DNA of 64,000 bases, from positions 63,305-127,304 of the forward strand of contig JBKBRF010000001.1 in assembly GCA_046292385.1 (NCBI GenBank), written 5' to 3'. Position 1 is the stretch's first letter; the number at the start of each line of letters is the position of its first letter. This document shows, in pieces, positions 28,958 through 42,300 of the stretch. The notes under the pieces were generated by a model, which did no database searches, had not been told where the DNA came from, and worked only from the letters and a program-made list of their open reading frames with translations. The position numbers were made by a program, and so were the translations under genes. The stretch is from Armatimonadota bacterium. Its GTDB lineage: Bacteria; Armatimonadota; SYMT01.

Positions 28958-31900
28958 TCAGGCTCCGCCCCTGGAAGGTCTCCGGTCCAACTCGGCCAGT
29001 TTTCGCTCCAATAGTGCCTCGGCCTCGGCTTCTGAAAGCTGCTCCAGATCATCGGCGAGAGAGTGGGAGTCAGTTCGCCGTGAGACCGGCAAGCAACCTC
29101 CGTCCTGCTCCCCGAGGAACTGAACGACCGCCGCGATCCATGGATGGTTGAAGGCGAGGGTCACCGGGAGCTCCCGTGCCAGCCGGCGCGAGAGCGCGTC
29201 CCGCAGCTCCACCGCGCCCAGCGAGTCGAGCCCCAGCTCCCCGAGCGGGGTCGTCTCGTCCAGCCTGGCGTCGCCCGCGAGTCGCAGCACCTCGCGCAGC
29301 ACCTCTCGGACCACGGTCACCAGCTCCGCAGCGGGAGGGCAGGCCGAGGCCGCTTCCGCTGCCGAGTTTTCGGCGGTCCACCCCGGCGCCAGTACCAGCG
29401 CGTGCGGGAGATCGGACTGGAGGAGCCCCTGGAGGGCCGCGAGTCCCTGGCGTGCTGAGAACGGCCGGAGCCCGTGCGCCGCCCACTGCGCCCCTCGCCG
29501 GTCGTCGGCCGCCGCCATCCCCGTGCCCTCCCAGGCACCCCACCCGATGCTGAGCGCGGGCAGCCCCAGGGAGTGCCGGTGGCGAGCCAGCCCGTCGAGG
29601 AACGCGTTGGCCGCCGCATAGATCCCGGCTCCCGGCAGTCCCAGGTACGGAGTGGCGGAGGAGTAAAGGACGAAGAAGTCGAGCTCCAACGCCAGGGTGA
29701 GCCGGTGGAGGTGCCACGCGCCCTCCGCCTTACCGGAGAAGACTGCCTCAATCTGCTCCGCTGAGGTGCGGGCGAGCAGCCCGTCTGACAGCGCACCGGC
29801 GGCATGGAAGATGCCCCGGAGCGGCGGCATGCCGTCCCGGATCTCCGCGAGCACCCCCGCCACCGCCTGCTCGTCCGCCAGGTCGGCACCGAACACCCGG
29901 ACCTGAACGCCCTGCTCCCGGAGCCGGTGGAGTGTCGGATGCTCCCGCTCGGTCCGGGTGACCAGGGCCAGGTGACGCGCCCCGAGCGCTGCCAGCCGCT
30001 CCGCCGCCGCGAGCCCCAACCCACCGAGCCCGCCGGTGAGGAGATACGTCGCGTCGGCGGTGATTCGCGAAGGCCCCGGGGGGAGAGGGAGACGGACGAT
30101 GCGCGGCACGAGGCGCTCCGAGCCACGCAGGGCGACCCGCTCTTGCGGCTCTTCCGTCAGTAGCTCGGCCAGCAGCGTCCCGGCCTCTCGCGCGGCGGGG
30201 TCGAGGTCGATCAGGGAGCACCGCAGCTCCGGGTGCTCCGCTCGCAGCGCCGCGGCGGCACCCTGGAGCGACGATTGCAGCGCTTCGCCGTCCTCCGCGC
30301 CGCCGGTCACGATCCAGAGACGGGTGGAGCCCGGGGCCGACGCGACCGCTCGGAGCAGGTCCGCCAGGCCGCCGAGGAGCCGCCGTCGCTCCCGAGCCAG
30401 GCTCGCGGCCGAGGCGTTCGACAGCGGAGTAGCGTCCAGTGCGGCGAGGTAGACGACGTTCCGGCGCTCGCCGAGCTGGAGCCGATCCGGTAAGCGTTCT
30501 CCGGACTCGTCGGGGAGGTGGAGGACGCACTCCGCGCCGCGGGCGCGCAGGCCCGCCGCCAGCTCCGGGCCGAGCTTGCGGTCGGAGATCAGGAGCCAGG
30601 GGCCCGGGGGCAGGGCTCCCGGCCGGAGCCTGAGCGGGCACCACTCGATCCGGTGGGCAAGCTCCGCCGCGCTGTCTTGCGGGTCTGCCGGCAGGGGAAC
30701 GGGATGATCGAACCAGTAGCGCTGTCGCTGGAACGGATAGGACGGCAGCGAGAGTCGGCGGCGCGGCGCCGGGTAGTGAGAGGCCCAATCGATCGCCTGC
30801 CCGTGCACGTAACCGTACGCGATCCCCGCGGCTCCCGGTGCGGACTCTTCCGGGGGCGCAGCGGAGGAGACGACGCCCGGAGCCGGCCTGCCGCAGAGGT
30901 AGGCCCGCAGCGCCTCCCGCGCGCCGGCAGCGTCCTTCGCCACTACCGCCAGCCGGTGCTCGAAGTGTCGTCGCCCGACGCTCGCTGAGTAGCAGACGTC
31001 GTGCCAGTCGCAGTCTTCCCGGAGCCGCTCCACGCACCGCGTGACGAGCGCCCGCAGCGCGGTCTCCGAGTGGGCGGAGATCGGCAGGACGCCCGGTCCG
31101 TCTCCTCCCGGCGGCTCCGGGAGAGACGGCGCCGGCCCGAGGATCAGGTGGGCATTCGTGCCGTTCATGCCGAAGGCGCTGACGCCGGCGATGCGGACCG
31201 GGTCGTCCCAGGCGCGCGGCGCGGCGGGGATCTCCAGCGCCGGCGGGAGCGGTTCCAGGTCCGGGTTGAGCCGGCTCTGGTGCAGATTGCCCGGGATCAT
31301 TCCCTCCCGGATCGCCGTGACCGCCTTGATGAGCCCGGCCATGCCGGCCGCCGCCTCGCAGTGACCGAGCTGGGTCTTCACCGCTCCCAGCAGCAGCGGC
31401 TGCTTTCGGCTGCCCCCCAGGACCTCGGAGACCGCCTCGACCTCGATCGCGTCCCCGAGCCGCGTCCCCGTGCCGTGGGCTTCCACGTAGCCGACCGCTT
31501 CAGGCGCAACGTTCGCGGCGGCGAGCGCGCTGCGGATCACGGCGGCCTGAGCCCGGCCGTTCGGCGAGGTGAGCCCGTTGCCGCGACCGCCCTGCGCCAC
31601 CGCCCCACCCAGCACCACCGCCAGCACCGGGTCGCCAGCCTCCACCGCGTCCGAGAGCCGCTTGAGGACGAGCATCCCGCAGCCCTCGCCGCGGACGAAC
31701 CCGTCGGCGGCGGCATCGAACGTGCGGCACGCTCCACTCGGGGAGAGGAGACCCGCGTTCGCCATCGCCTGCGCCACATGCGGCAGGAGGATCAGGTTCA
31801 CCGCGCCGGCCAGCGCGGTCCGGCACTCGCCCGCCTGCAGGCTGGCGCACGCCAGGTGGACCGCCGCCAGGGAAGAAGCGCAGGCCGCGTCCACGACCAT

Positions 31901-34900
31901 GCTCGGGCCCTTCAGGTTCAGGGCGTAGGCCAGGCGGCCGGAGGCGAAGCTGTGGAAGTTGCCGGCGATCTCGTCCAGGCTCGGCGTGCCGCCCGAGGCG
32001 CGCTGGAGCCAGGCGTAGTCGCTGCTCTGGCTGCCGATCCCGAGGAACACCCCGGTCTCCGACGGCGCTCCGTCACTCGTGAGCTGCCCCGCGCTCTCCA
32101 GCGCCTCCCACGCGACCTCCAGAAGCAGCCGCTGCTGCGGGTCGACCGCCGCGGCTTCAGAATCGGAGATCCCGAAGAAGGCGGCGTCGAACGCGTCGAC
32201 GGACCAGAGGTAGCCGCCTTTCCCGAGGGCGGCTGCCGCGTCCCCGAACCGCTCCGGCGGGGCGTCCGTGACGGCGTCCACGCCCCGGTAGAGCAGCTCC
32301 CGGAACGCCATGGGCGTGTCGGCGCCGGCCGGAAAGCGGCACGCCATGCCGATGATCGCTACCGGCTCCGCGCGGTCCACCGGACGCGTGCGGTCCGGCT
32401 CCTCCACCGTCAGTGCCTGCGCTCGCAGCCCGAGCTCTCCGGCCAGGTGCTCCGACAGCGCCTGAACCGTCGGGAGCTGATAGGCGAGGGTCGCCGGGAG
32501 CTTCAACCCGAGCTCTCGCGAGAGGCGTCCGGAGAGATCAACCGCCGCCGTGGAGTCGAGTCCCAGGTCCCGCAGCGGCGTCGTGCTGCCGACCTTGCCG
32601 GGCGAATCGAGCTCCAGTACCGCGGCGACCTGACTCCGCACCCGGTCGGCCAGCACCGCCTGCGCCTCGGATGGGGACAGCCGGTGGAGCCGGTCGCAGA
32701 GCCGTTCGCCCGGCTCCGGGGTGGGAGCGGGTGCCAGGACCCGACCGGATGCCTCGAAGCTCAGGACGATCCGTCCCACGTTCCGCCCGCGGGCCATGAT
32801 CCGGAAGGCTTCCTCGGCCTGGGCGACCGGCAAGAGCTGAGAGGGGAGGGGGGCGAGGGAGCCGTCCGCCACTTCGCGGAGCACCGCCTCCAGGATCCGG
32901 CGGAGCTGCTCCGGCTCCGTATCCCGCACGTGGAAGAGGTCCAGAGGGAGGTAGCTTGCGTCCGACCGGAGCGCGGCGACCTCGGCAGAGTCCGAGACAG
33001 CCTGCTTCCCCAACTGCACGTAGCGCCCGCCCGGCAGCAGAGAGGGGAGGTCGGCGCGCAGGCCCTCTGCGGAGCGGGCGCCCAGGATGACGCCGAAGCC
33101 GCCCGGTCGAGCCGCACCGGCGTCCAGCCCGCTCGGGGACGAGGGGAAGACCTGTTCGAGGCCGAGAGAGCGGAGGTGCGCGTGCTTGTCCGGGTGGGCG
33201 GTCGCCACCACTTCGGCCCCGATGCTCCGGGCGATCTGCACCGCGGCGAGACCTACGCCGCCCGCGGCGTTGTGAATCAGGACGCGCTCCCCGGGCTGCA
33301 GGCGGGCCAGCACCCGCAGGCCGATCCAGGCGGTCAGGAAGGGAATCGGCAGCGCGGCGGCCTCCCCGGACCCGAGTGCATCCGGGATCGGAAGGACCAG
33401 CCCCGCGTCGGCCGTCACATGCGTGGTGAGCGCGCCCTCCGCGACCGCGACCACCCGGTCGCCCGGGCGCAGGCCGGCGACCCCCGGGCCGATCCGGGTG
33501 ACGGTGCCGGCGCAGTCGGAGCCGTAGCCGGCGGCTTCCTCCGCCAGCACCCCGAGGGCGTTCAGCGCGTCCCGAAAGGTGAGTGCCGCGGCCGCAACCT
33601 CGATCTCGACTTCCCCGGGGCCGGGCTCGCGCGGCTCGAAAGGAGCGAGCCGGATCGTGTCCAGCCGCCCACGCTCCTCAACTGCGACCCGGCGCGGCTC
33701 CGCCGGAGGGACAGCGCCGGCGAGGCGGGTGAAGCCGGCGCCGCGGAGCTCTATCAGCACTTCGCCTTCCGGCCCCAGCAGGGCCAGGTCGGCGGTGAGT
33801 CTCCCGCTCTCAAGGGAACGGAGGCGCGCGTATCCCCACTTCGGGAGCGCCGTGCAGGCCCCGAGCCGCAGCTCCGCGCAGTGGGTCAGCATGTAACTGC
33901 CGGTATCGCCCGGCGGCAGCAGCGCGTAGCCAAGCTGGGCGCACGCCTCCACCAGGCCGGGATGGCACCCGAGCGCGAACTCCGCGCCGCCGGGGTCCCG
34001 GAGCACCGCCAGCGCCTCTCCCTCGCCGCGCTGCAGGCTCTCCACGCACCGGGCGGCGGGTCCGAGCTGGAACCCGGCCTGCTCCAGCCGCCAATACAGC
34101 TCCGCTTCCGTCTGGTGCGCGGCACAGCGGGCGCGGACCCGCTCCAGGTCGATCCGCTCGCTCGCGCAGCTGGGCTTGAGCACCCGGCCGGTGACGTGGG
34201 CCTGCCAGTCCGCGCTCTCCGCGGCGCGGCTCTCGATCCGGAAGTCGTTTCCGAGGGTCAGCCGCACCTCGCGGGGGGGCTCCACCACCAGCGCCCGGCT
34301 GAAGTGCACGTCGGCCAGCTCGCAGCCGGCATCGCCGCGCAGCTCCCGCATCGACTGCGCCACCAGCTCCAGGTGGACCCCCACGTGCGCCAGCCCGCCC
34401 GAGTCTCGCAGCAGCGGCAGCTCCTGCGGAGAGACGCGCCCCTGGAAGACAGCGCCGCGGTCGCCAGACGCGCCGGTCCGGGTGAGGAGCGTCCCGGGGC
34501 TCCGGCTCCCTTCTCCGCTCCGGGCCGGCAGCCAGAAGTCACGGCGCTGGAACGGATAGGTGGGGAGCGGGGCCTTCCGCCACGAGCCGGCTTCGCCGAA
34601 CACCGCCGGGTCGACTTCCCCGCCCCGCACGTACGCCTCGCCCGCCTCCCGCAGCCGCGCGTCCCCGGCTCCCAGGCACTGACCCGGCTCTCCTCCCGCG
34701 GCCCAGTCCCGCAGCCGCTCCCGCAGCTCCGCCGCCGTCGCTCCCACTACCGCCAGCCGCGCCTCGAAGTGGGTGCGCCCGCAGTAGGCGGTGCCGCACA
34801 CGTCCGCCAGCCGTACCGCGCTCCCGTTCCGCTCCAACTCCGCGAGATACCGCTCGTACCGGCTCGCCAGCGCCTGCAGCCCCGCCGCGTCTTTCGCCGA

Positions 34901-36340
34901 GAGGCAGAGCAGGTGCCCGCCCTCCGGCGAAGCGGCGACGAGGACCGGCGGCTCCGGCGCGGCTTCGAGCAGGACGTGGGCGTTGGTGCCGCTGAAGCCG
35001 AAGGAGCTGACCCCCGCGATCCAGCGTCCGTCCCGCCCCTCCCACGCCTGCGGCTCCCGCGGGATCTCCAGCGGGACACCGCGGCGGTCGATATGCGGGT
35101 TCCACTCCCCGAAGTGGAGGTGAGGCGGCAGGCAGCGGTGCTGGAGGGCGAGCACCGTCTTGATCAGCCCCGCCACTCCCGCGGCGGCTTCCAGGTGGCC
35201 GAGGTTCGTCTTCACGGAGCCGACCCACAGCGGGGTCTCGCGTCCGGCGAAGACCTCCGCCAGCGCGTGCAGCTCGATCGGGTCTCCCAGGGCGGTGCCG
35301 GTGCCGTGCGATTCCAGGTAGGAGACCTGCTCCGGGGTGAGGCCAGCGCCGCGGAGGGCCTGGCGCAGGAGGGCGACCTGGGCGCGACCGTTGGGGGCGG
35401 TGAGGCCGCCGCTGCGGCCGTCGTGGTTGACGGCGGAGCCGCGGATCAGGGCGAGGACGCGGTCGCCGTCGCGCCCGGCGTCGGAGAGCCGCTTCAGCAC
35501 CACCACCCCGCAGCCTTCGCCGCGGCCGTACCCATCCGCGGAGGCGTCGAAGGTCTTGCAGCGGCCGTCCGGTGAGAGCATCCGCGCCCGCGAGAAGTTG
35601 ATCGACAGCTCGGGGCTTAGGACCAGGTTGACGCCACCGGCGAGGGCGAGCTCACACTCTCCCTGGCGGAGGCTCTGAAGGGCGAGGTGGGTGGCGACGA
35701 GGGAGGAGGAGCAGGCGGTGTCGACCACCAGGCTCGGGCCCTGCAGCCCGAGCAGGTATGACAGCCGCCCCGCCACGATGCTGGGGCTGGTGCCGGTGCT
35801 GTAGTAGGAGTCGACCTGCTCCGGCGCGCCCGAGCGGAGGTAGAGCCGCGCGTAGTCCGAGACCGCGTAGCCGACGAAGATCCCCGTCCGCGATCCGTAG
35901 AGGCGGTCGACCGGCACCCCGGCGTCTTCCAGCGCTTCCCACGCGACTTCCAGCAGCAGGCGCTGCTGCGGGTCCATCCGCGCGGCCTCTCGCGGGGAGA
36001 TCCCGAAGAACTCCGCGTCGAAGCCGCGGACGTCGCCGAGGAAGCCGCCCTCCCGAGTGCAGATCCGCCCCGGCGCGTCGAGATCCGGGTCGAAGAGCGC
36101 GTCGGCGTCCCAGCGGTCCGGCGGCACGCGCCCGACGCAGTCCCGGCCCGTCTCCAGCGCCTTCCAGTAGGACGCCGCATCGTCGATCCCGCCCGGAAAG
36201 CGGCAGCCGAGCCCGACGATCGCGATCGGTTCGGTGGCGGCGCGCTCGCGGGCCTCCAGCTGCGACCGGAGCTGCTGGATCTCCCGGTAGGCGCGCCGGA
36301 GCACCTCCGTCTGGTCGACCGGCTTGCTCACGCGGTCCAT
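28958..36340 (-). CDS. Bimodular type I PKS, modules 3-4: KS-[AT deleted]-degenerate DH-ER-ACP-KS-[AT deleted]-KR-ACP
   Basis: 2460 aa. Two KS (DTACSSS; DAACASS) and no GHSxG. The DH-like segment lacks HxxxGxxxx[13 protein letters not shown]; ACPs GLDST and GLDSL; a single KR (GGLGGLG, IYAAAN). Confidence 0.93.
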   Translation of the reverse strand: MDRVSKPVDQTEVLRRAYREIQQLRSQLEARERAATEPIAIVGLGCRFPGGIDDAASYWKALETGRDCVGRVPPDRWDADALFDPDLDAPGRICTREGGFLGDVRGFDAEFFGISPREAARMDPQQRLLLEVAWEALEDAGVPVDRLYGSRTGIFVGYAVSDYARLYLRSGAPEQVDSYYSTGTSPSIVAGRLSYLLGLQGPSLVVDTACSSSLVATHLALQSLRQGECELALAGGVNLVLSPELSINFSRARMLSPDGRCKTFDASADGYGRGEGCGVVVLKRLSDAGRDGDRVLALIRGSAVNHDGRSGGLTAPNGRAQVALLRQALRGAGLTPEQVSYLESHGTGTALGDPIELHALAEVFAGRETPLWVGSVKTNLGHLEAAAGVAGLIKTVLALQHRCLPPHLHFGEWNPHIDRRGVPLEIPREPQAWEGRDGRWIAGVSSFGFSGTNAHVLLEAAPEPPVLVAASPEGGHLLCLSAKDAAGLQALASRYERYLAELERNGSAVRLADVCGTAYCGRTHFEARLAVVGATAAELRERLRDWAAGGEPGQCLGAGDARLREAGEAYVRGGEVDPAVFGEAGSWRKAPLPTYPFQRRDFWLPARSGEGSRSPGTLLTRTGASGDRGAVFQGRVSPQELPLLRDSGGLAHVGVHLELVAQSMRELRGDAGCELADVHFSRALVVEPPREVRLTLGNDFRIESRAAESADWQAHVTGRVLKPSCASERIDLERVRARCAAHQTEAELYWRLEQAGFQLGPAARCVESLQRGEGEALAVLRDPGGAEFALGCHPGLVEACAQLGYALLPPGDTGSYMLTHCAELRLGACTALPKWGYARLRSLESGRLTADLALLGPEGEVLIELRGAGFTRLAGAVPPAEPRRVAVEERGRLDTIRLAPFEPREPGPGEVEIEVAAAALTFRDALNALGVLAEEAAGYGSDCAGTVTRIGPGVAGLRPGDRVVAVAEGALTTHVTADAGLVLPIPDALGSGEAAALPIPFLTAWIGLRVLARLQPGERVLIHNAAGGVGLAAVQIARSIGAEVVATAHPDKHAHLRSLGLEQVFPSSPSGLDAGAARPGGFGVILGARSAEGLRADLPSLLPGGRYVQLGKQAVSDSAEVAALRSDASYLPLDLFHVRDTEPEQLRRILEAVLREVADGSLAPLPSQLLPVAQAEEAFRIMARGRNVGRIVLSFEASGRVLAPAPTPEPGERLCDRLHRLSPSEAQAVLADRVRSQVAAVLELDSPGKVGSTTPLRDLGLDSTAAVDLSGRLSRELGLKLPATLAYQLPTVQALSEHLAGELGLRAQALTVEEPDRTRPVDRAEPVAIIGMACRFPAGADTPMAFRELLYRGVDAVTDAPPERFGDAAAALGKGGYLWSVDAFDAAFFGISDSEAAAVDPQQRLLLEVAWEALESAGQLTSDGAPSETGVFLGIGSQSSDYAWLQRASGGTPSLDEIAGNFHSFASGRLAYALNLKGPSMVVDAACASSLAAVHLACASLQAGECRTALAGAVNLILLPHVAQAMANAGLLSPSGACRTFDAAADGFVRGEGCGMLVLKRLSDAVEAGDPVLAVVLGGAVAQGGRGNGLTSPNGRAQAAVIRSALAAANVAPEAVGYVEAHGTGTRLGDAIEVEAVSEVLGGSRKQPLLLGAVKTQLGHCEAAAGMAGLIKAVTAIREGMIPGNLHQSRLNPDLEPLPPALEIPAAPRAWDDPVRIAGVSAFGMNGTNAHLILGPAPSLPEPPGGDGPGVLPISAHSETALRALVTRCVERLREDCDWHDVCYSASVGRRHFEHRLAVVAKDAAGAREALRAYLCGRPAPGVVSSAAPPEESAPGAAGIAYGYVHGQAIDWASHYPAPRRRLSLPSYPFQRQRYWFDHPVPLPADPQDSAAELAHRIEWCPLRLRPGALPPGPWLLISDRKLGPELAAGLRARGAECVLHLPDESGERLPDRLQLGERRNVVYLAALDATPLSNASAASLARERRRLLGGLADLLRAVASAPGSTRLWIVTGGAEDGEALQSSLQGAAAALRAEHPELRCSLIDLDPAAREAGTLLAELLTEEPQERVALRGSERLVPRIVRLPLPPGPSRITADATYLLTGGLGGLGLAAAERLAALGARHLALVTRTEREHPTLHRLREQGVQVRVFGADLADEQAVAGVLAEIRDGMPPLRGIFHAAGALSDGLLARTSAEQIEAVFSGKAEGAWHLHRLTLALELDFFVLYSSATPYLGLPGAGIYAAANAFLDGLARHRHSLGLPALSIGWGAWEGTGMAAADDRRGAQWAAHGLRPFSARQGLAALQGLLQSDLPHALVLAPGWTAENSAAEAASACPPAAELVTVVREVLREVLRLAGDARLDETTPLGELGLDSLGAVELRDALSRRLARELPVTLAFNHPWIAAVVQFLGEQDGGCLPVSRRTDSHSLADDLEQLSEAEAEALLERKLAELDRRPSRGGA
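35066..35525. repeat. KS C-terminal tract near-identical to 1-460 (copy B), next to a C-skewed linker tract at about 34600-35100
   Basis: Same alignment as copy A. On the + strand, 34681-34740 has 33 C vs 16 G and 35341-35400 has 32 G vs 18 C. Confidence 0.88.
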
Positions 36341-36370
36341 CGCGCAGCCCTTCCCGAAACCGCTCGCCGA

Positions 36371-39300
36371 CTACAGGCCATCGGTCATCCCCAGCTCGCG
36401 GGCCAGGAGGTCGAGAATGTCCCCGTCCGCCGGTCCGCCGGTCGCTTCTTCCGCTGCCTCCGTTACTTCGGCGGGAAAGAGACGGCTCAGCAGGTAGTCC
36501 GTCAGGCCATCCAGCGTCGGGTAGTCGAAGAAGAGCGTGGAAGGCAGCGAGCAGCCGACCAGACCGGCAAGGGTGTTCCGCAGCTCGACCGCCAGCAGCG
36601 AGTCGAGGCCGAGCTCGGCGAGCGGCCTCCGGCCGTCGAGCGGTCGCCCTCCGCGATAGCCCAGAATCCGGGCGGCTTCCCCGCGGAGCAGCTCCAGGAG
36701 CACGGCGCGCCGCTCGGACGGGTCCACCTGCTCGAGCGAAGCGTGAGACGAGGGGCGAGGACCGGGAGCCACCAGCTCCGAGAGCAGCGGGCTCGGCTGG
36801 AACCGCGCGACGGTCTCCCAGTCGGCGTCGATCACTACTCGCTGCACCGCTCCATCCTGAATGGCCCGCTCCACGGCCTGCAGGAGGCGCTCGGGAGAGA
36901 GCGGGCGCATCCCCCGGGAGGCCCACCGCGTGCGTTCGGCTTCCGAAAGCGACGCGAGCATGCCGCCCTCGAGGGGACCCCAGTTGATCGCGCAGGCGGG
37001 GAGCCCGGCGGCGCGCCGCTCCCACGCGATGGCGTCCAGCGCAGCGTTGGCGGCGCCGTAACTCGCCTGACCGGCGGAGCCGAGGAGGGCCGCCGCGGAA
37101 GAAAAGAGGACGAAGAAGTCGAGGTCCCGGCCGCGGGTGAGGCGATCCAGGTTGCAGGCGCCGTGGAGCTTGGGCTCCAGTGCCGTCCGGAAGCGCGCCT
37201 CGTCGAGGTCCGGGATCAGCGCGTCGCTGACCACGCCCGCGGCGTGGAAGACGCCGCGAAGGTCGGGCACTTCCGCCAGGATTGCGGAGAGCGCCTCGGG
37301 GTCGGCGACATCCGCCCGGGCCAGGGTGATCCGGGTTCCGCGGAGCTCCCATTCACGGGCCAGCTCGCGGAGCTCGTCGGGCGGCTCTCGCCGGCCGACC
37401 AGCAGCACGTGTCCCGCGCCGCGCTCCACCAGCCAGCGTGCGAGCTGCCGGCCCGCGAAGCCGGAGCCGCCCGTCACGAGGTAGGCCCCGTCCGGCCTCA
37501 GCTCCACCGGGTGGGACGGAGTGACCACGATCTTGCCGGTGTGCCGGGCGCCGGCCATCAGCCGGAACGCCTCCGGCGCGCGCTCCAGCGAGTAGAGGCG
37601 CCGCGGCAGCGGAGTGAGGCCCCCGGCCTCTACCTGCGCCAGGATCTTCTCTATCAGCGACCGGTACCAGGCGGGCTCGGCCGCCAGGATTTCTTTCATG
37701 TCGAACGGGTGGTAAGCAACGTCGGGCCGCTCGGCGGCCGCGCGCTCCCGGCTCCAGATCTCCGTCTTGCCGATCTCGAGGAAGCGTCCCCCCGGCGCCA
37801 GGGCCGAGAAGCCGGCGACGATCGCCGGTCCGGAGAAGGAGTTCAGCACCACGTCGACGCCCCGGCCGCCGGTCCGCTCCCGGACCTCCTCCGCGAAGGA
37901 GAGGGAGCGGGAGTCCATCACGTGGGCGGCCCCGAGCGAGCGGGCGAGCTCCCACTTTCCGCGGCTCGCGGTTGCGTAGACCTCCGCGCCGGCGGCGCGG
38001 GCGATCTGGACCGCGGCCATGCCGACACCGCCGGTCGCCGCGTGGATCAGCACCCGTTCTCCGGGCTGCAGGCGGGCCAGCTCGTGCAGACCATACCAGG
38101 CGGTGAGGAAGGCGACCGGGAGCGTGGCGGCAGCCTCGAAGCCGACACCGGCGGGCAGGTGGATGGCCAGGGACTCGGGAGCGGTGACGTAAGAAGCCAG
38201 CGCTTCTTGCGTGAAGGCGACCACCCGGTCGCCGGCCCGGAAAGCTTCCACCCCGGCTCCGACCGCCGTCACCTCGCCCGCGCACTCGGCGCCGAGCGCG
38301 CCGGGGTTCTCACCGGCCCGGCCGAGAGCGATCAGCACGTCCTTGAAATTGACGCCCGCTGCCCGCACCTGGATCTCGATCTCGCCGGGAGCCGGCGCGC
38401 GGCGCGTCAGCGTCTCCAGGCGCAGCTGCTCCAGGGTGCCACCCGTGTCCGGGATCAGCCGCTTCGGTTCGTAACCCGTTGAGCCCTCTATGGGACGGAG
38501 GCGCGGTACCAGGCGCTCTCCCTGGCGGTAGGCGGCCTCCTCGCCGCCGTCCCCTGCGGTCAGCTCCCGCAGCAGCGCCTCCGCCTGGTGCCCTGGCGAG
38601 GCGGTGGGGTCGAGATCGACGCAGCCGCACCGGAGGCCCGGGTACTCGAGGGCGGCACTGCGCGCGAAGCCCCGCAGTGCCGCCTGCGCGGCGGACGGCG
38701 CAGCGCCGTCGAACGCTTCACCGGCCTGCGAGACGAGCCAGAGGCGCGGGGGCGTCGCGCGGGTGCCCAGCTCTCGCACCAGGGCGGCCGCGCGGGCAAG
38801 AACGGTTTCCGGCGCCTCGTCGTCGAGTGCGCGGAGGTCGACCACCGCCTCGACGTCGGGCGGTAGGGCCGCCAGCTCGGGGCAGACCGCGACTCTGCCC
38901 CGGTCACCCGCGAGGAGCCGGTCCGCCAGCAGCAGGCCCACTCCGCTGTGGTCCGGCAGCACCGCGTACCGCAGCGGCGGCGCGTCCCGCTCCTCCAGCG
39001 GGTGAGGCTGCCAGGTGACTTCGTAGGCAGGCGCGGCCGTCGATCCGCGGCGAACCTCCCGGCTCACCCTGCGCATGGTCACGCCGCACAGCTCCGCCAC
39101 CAGCCGCCCGTCCGGAGCGCAGAGCCGCACCTCGCCGAGGAGCACGCCGTCGGCAGCGGGAGTGACGCTGGCGTGACTCCACAGCTCGCCGTCCGGAACG
39201 GGACCGTGCCACGCGCACCGCTCGAAGCGGGCGGGCATCCAGGTCTCACCGTCCGGCATCAGGGCGGCGAGTACCTGGAGCGCGCAGTCGAGCAGGATCG

Positions 39301-42300
39301 GGTGGCCGCGCGGACCGTCCCAACCGAGCGCACTTCCAGGGTCGATTCGCCCTACCGCTTCGCCCGCTCCGCGCCAGGTCTCCACGACCCGGCGGAAGCG
39401 TGGGCCGAAGTGGAAGCCGCGGTCGTCTAGCGCGCCGTAAAGATCCGATACCAGCTCCCGGCAGCGGCTGCGTGCCTGATCCAACTGAACCGGTACGGGG
39501 CCGAGAGCGCGTCCCGGCTCCATCCGGCCGGTGGCGTGGCGGCGCCACTCCTCCCCGTCCCGCGCGTAGAGCTGCCAGCTCCCATCCTGTGCCAAGCAGA
39601 GCTGCGCCTCCCGCGCAGCGTCCAGCGGGAGGGGGAGGGCCTCGTGGAGGTCGACCTCCGCCAGGATCGCTCCGGACCGGGTGCTGCGCGCGGCGGCCTG
39701 CCAGGCCAGCTCCAGGAAAACCGTCGCCGGCAGGTAGGTGGTGTCGTGGATCCGGTGGTCCTGCAGGAACACCGTGCGGCGCGCGTCGAGGGAGACCTCG
39801 AAGAGCGTTTCCCCCGTCGCGGCGGAGCGCCGCCCCGGATCGGTGAGCAGGTCGTCTCCCTTCGAGCCGGCGGGCGCCGGGGCCGGAGCGGAGGCCGGAG
39901 CCAGCGAGTCGAACCAGAACCGCTCCCGCTGGAAGGGGTAGGTGGGGAAAGTGACGCGCCGCGCGGAACGGTCGCGGTGAAGCGCTTCCCAGTCCACCTC
40001 CACGCCGAGCTCGTAGAGCGTGCCCAGGCTGCGGAGCAGCGTCTCGCGGTCGTCGGCCCCGCGCCGCAGCGAGGGAAGCCAGAGTCCCCCGTCGACGCAC
40101 TGCCCGCCGAGGGCGGTGAGCACCGGCTGCGGACCGATCTCCACGAAGGCGTCGATCCCGAGCCCCGCCAGCGCGCGGATCCCCTCCGCGAACCGGACGC
40201 ACTCCCGGGCATGCTGCCGCCAGTAGGCCCCATCGAAGAGATCCTGCGCGGCCGCCGTGAGGTTCGAGACTACCGGGATCCGCGGCGGGTGAGGCGCGAT
40301 CCGGTCGGCGGCCGCCTGAAGCGGATCCAGGATCGGCTCCATCAGGGGCGAGTGGAACGCGTGGGAGACGGCGAGAGGGCGACTCTCGATTCCCTCTTCC
40401 CGGAGCAGCGCCGCAGCCTGCGCCAGCGCCCGCTCCTCACCCGCGAGCACCAGGTGACCGGGGGCGTTCTCCGCCGCTACCACCACCTTCAGGCCGGCAC
40501 GCCCCAGCAGCGACCGTACCTGGTCGCTCTCACCGAAGACCGTGGCCATGCCGCCGCCGGCCGGGAGCGACTGCATCAGCCGTCCGCGGGCCGCCACCAG
40601 CGAGAAGGCATCTTCGAGGGAGAGCACTCCGGCCACACAGGCCGCCGCGAACTCGCCCACGCTGTGCCCGATCACCGCTGCCGGCCGCACGCCCCACGCC
40701 TGCCACAGCTCCGCGAGGGCGTACTCCACCGCGAAGAGCGCCGGCTGGGTGTATCCGGTCTGCTCGAGCCGGCCTGCCCCTTCGAAGAGGAGCGGCAGAA
40801 GCGGCACGTCGAGGTGCTCGCGCGCGAGCTCGGCGCAGCGGTCCAGCGCTGCCCGAAACCGGGGCTCCGTCTCGTAGAGGCCACGCGCCATGCCGGGATA
40901 CTGCGACCCCTGGCCGGTGAAAAGGAACGCCACCCTGGGAGGCGCCGCGCCGACGGCGGCCGGGACCGCCTGGGAGAGTGCACGCCGAGCCTCGGCAGCG
41001 GTCCGCGCAACCACCGCCGTCCGGTGTGGGAAGTGTGCTCGCCCGACACCGGCGGTAAAGCAGGTGTCCGAGAAGGCGGCGGCGTCGGCCTCGAGGTGGC
41101 GGGCCGCGCGAGCGATCAGCTCCCGCAGGGCCGGCGCGTTCGCGGCGGAGAGGGGGAGCAACTGCGGCGCTGCGGCGTCGTTCTCTGCGCTCACGGAGGC
41201 CGGGGGCGCCTCTTCGACGATGAGGTGGACGTTAGTCCCGCTGGCGCCGAACGAGCTGACCCCGGCCAGGCGGCGGTGTGGCCCCGGCTCCCAGGGAGTC
41301 GTCTCCACCGGGATCGTGAACGACAAGCCTTCCGGCGTGAGGTGCGGGTTGAGGCTCTTGAGGTGCAGGTGCGGCGGGATCCGGCGGTGGCCCAGCGCCG
41401 CGACGACCTTGAGGAGCCCGGCGATCCCTGCGGCGGCCTCGAGATGACCGAGGTTGGTCTTGACCGACCCGAGCGCGAGCGGCTCCGTCCGGCCCGGACC
41501 GTAAGCGGCGGCGAGCGAGTGGACCTCGATCGGATCGCCCAGGGCCGTGCCGGTCCCATGCGCCTCTACGTAGGTCACCTCTTCGGGGTCGACACCGGCG
41601 TGCGCGAGCGCCTCGCGGATGACCGCTTCCTGCGAAGCGCCGTTCGGGACCGTGAACCCGCTGCTGTGCCCGTCGTGCTTCACGGCGGAGCCGCGCACTA
41701 CGGCCAGGATCCGGTCCCCCCGCGCCGCGGCGTCGGAGAGGCGGCGGAGGACCACCATCCCGCAGCCTTCCCCGCGGACGTAGCCGTCGGCAGCCGCGTC
41801 GAACACCTTGCAGCGACCGTCCGGCGCCAGCATCCGGGCCCGGGAGAGGACGACCGACCCCTCCGGCGCGAGGAGCACGTTCACCCCGCCCGCCAGCGCG
41901 GTATCGCATTCGCCGGAGAGGATCGACTGGCAGGCGAGGTGCAGCGCCACCAGGGAGGAGGAGCAGGCCGTATCGACCACCAGGCTCGGCCCCTGGAGCC
42001 CCAGGAAGTAGGAAAGCCGCCCGGCGATCGTGTTGTTCGCCTGGCCGGTCAGGGTGTAGAGCGACAGCGGGTCGGTGCCGGCCGCGGCCCGCATCCGGTC
42101 GCCATACTCGCTGCCGATGGAGCCGACGAAGACGCCGGTGCGGCTGCCGCGCAGCTCCTTCGGCGACTGGCCCGCGTGTTCCAGCGCCTCCCAACCGACC
42201 TCCAGGACCAGCCGGTGCTGCGGGTCCATCTGGACCGCCTCTCGCGGAGAGATGCCGAAGAACTCCGCGTCGAAGCGGTCGATCCCGTCGAGGAAACCGC

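Noticed and set aside
28921..29052. N-terminal extension of module 5 ORF overlapping the upstream gene (likewise 46745-46813, 59293-59421, 59892-60227)
   Set aside because: Better starts with SD sequences and sensible N-termini lie downstream.
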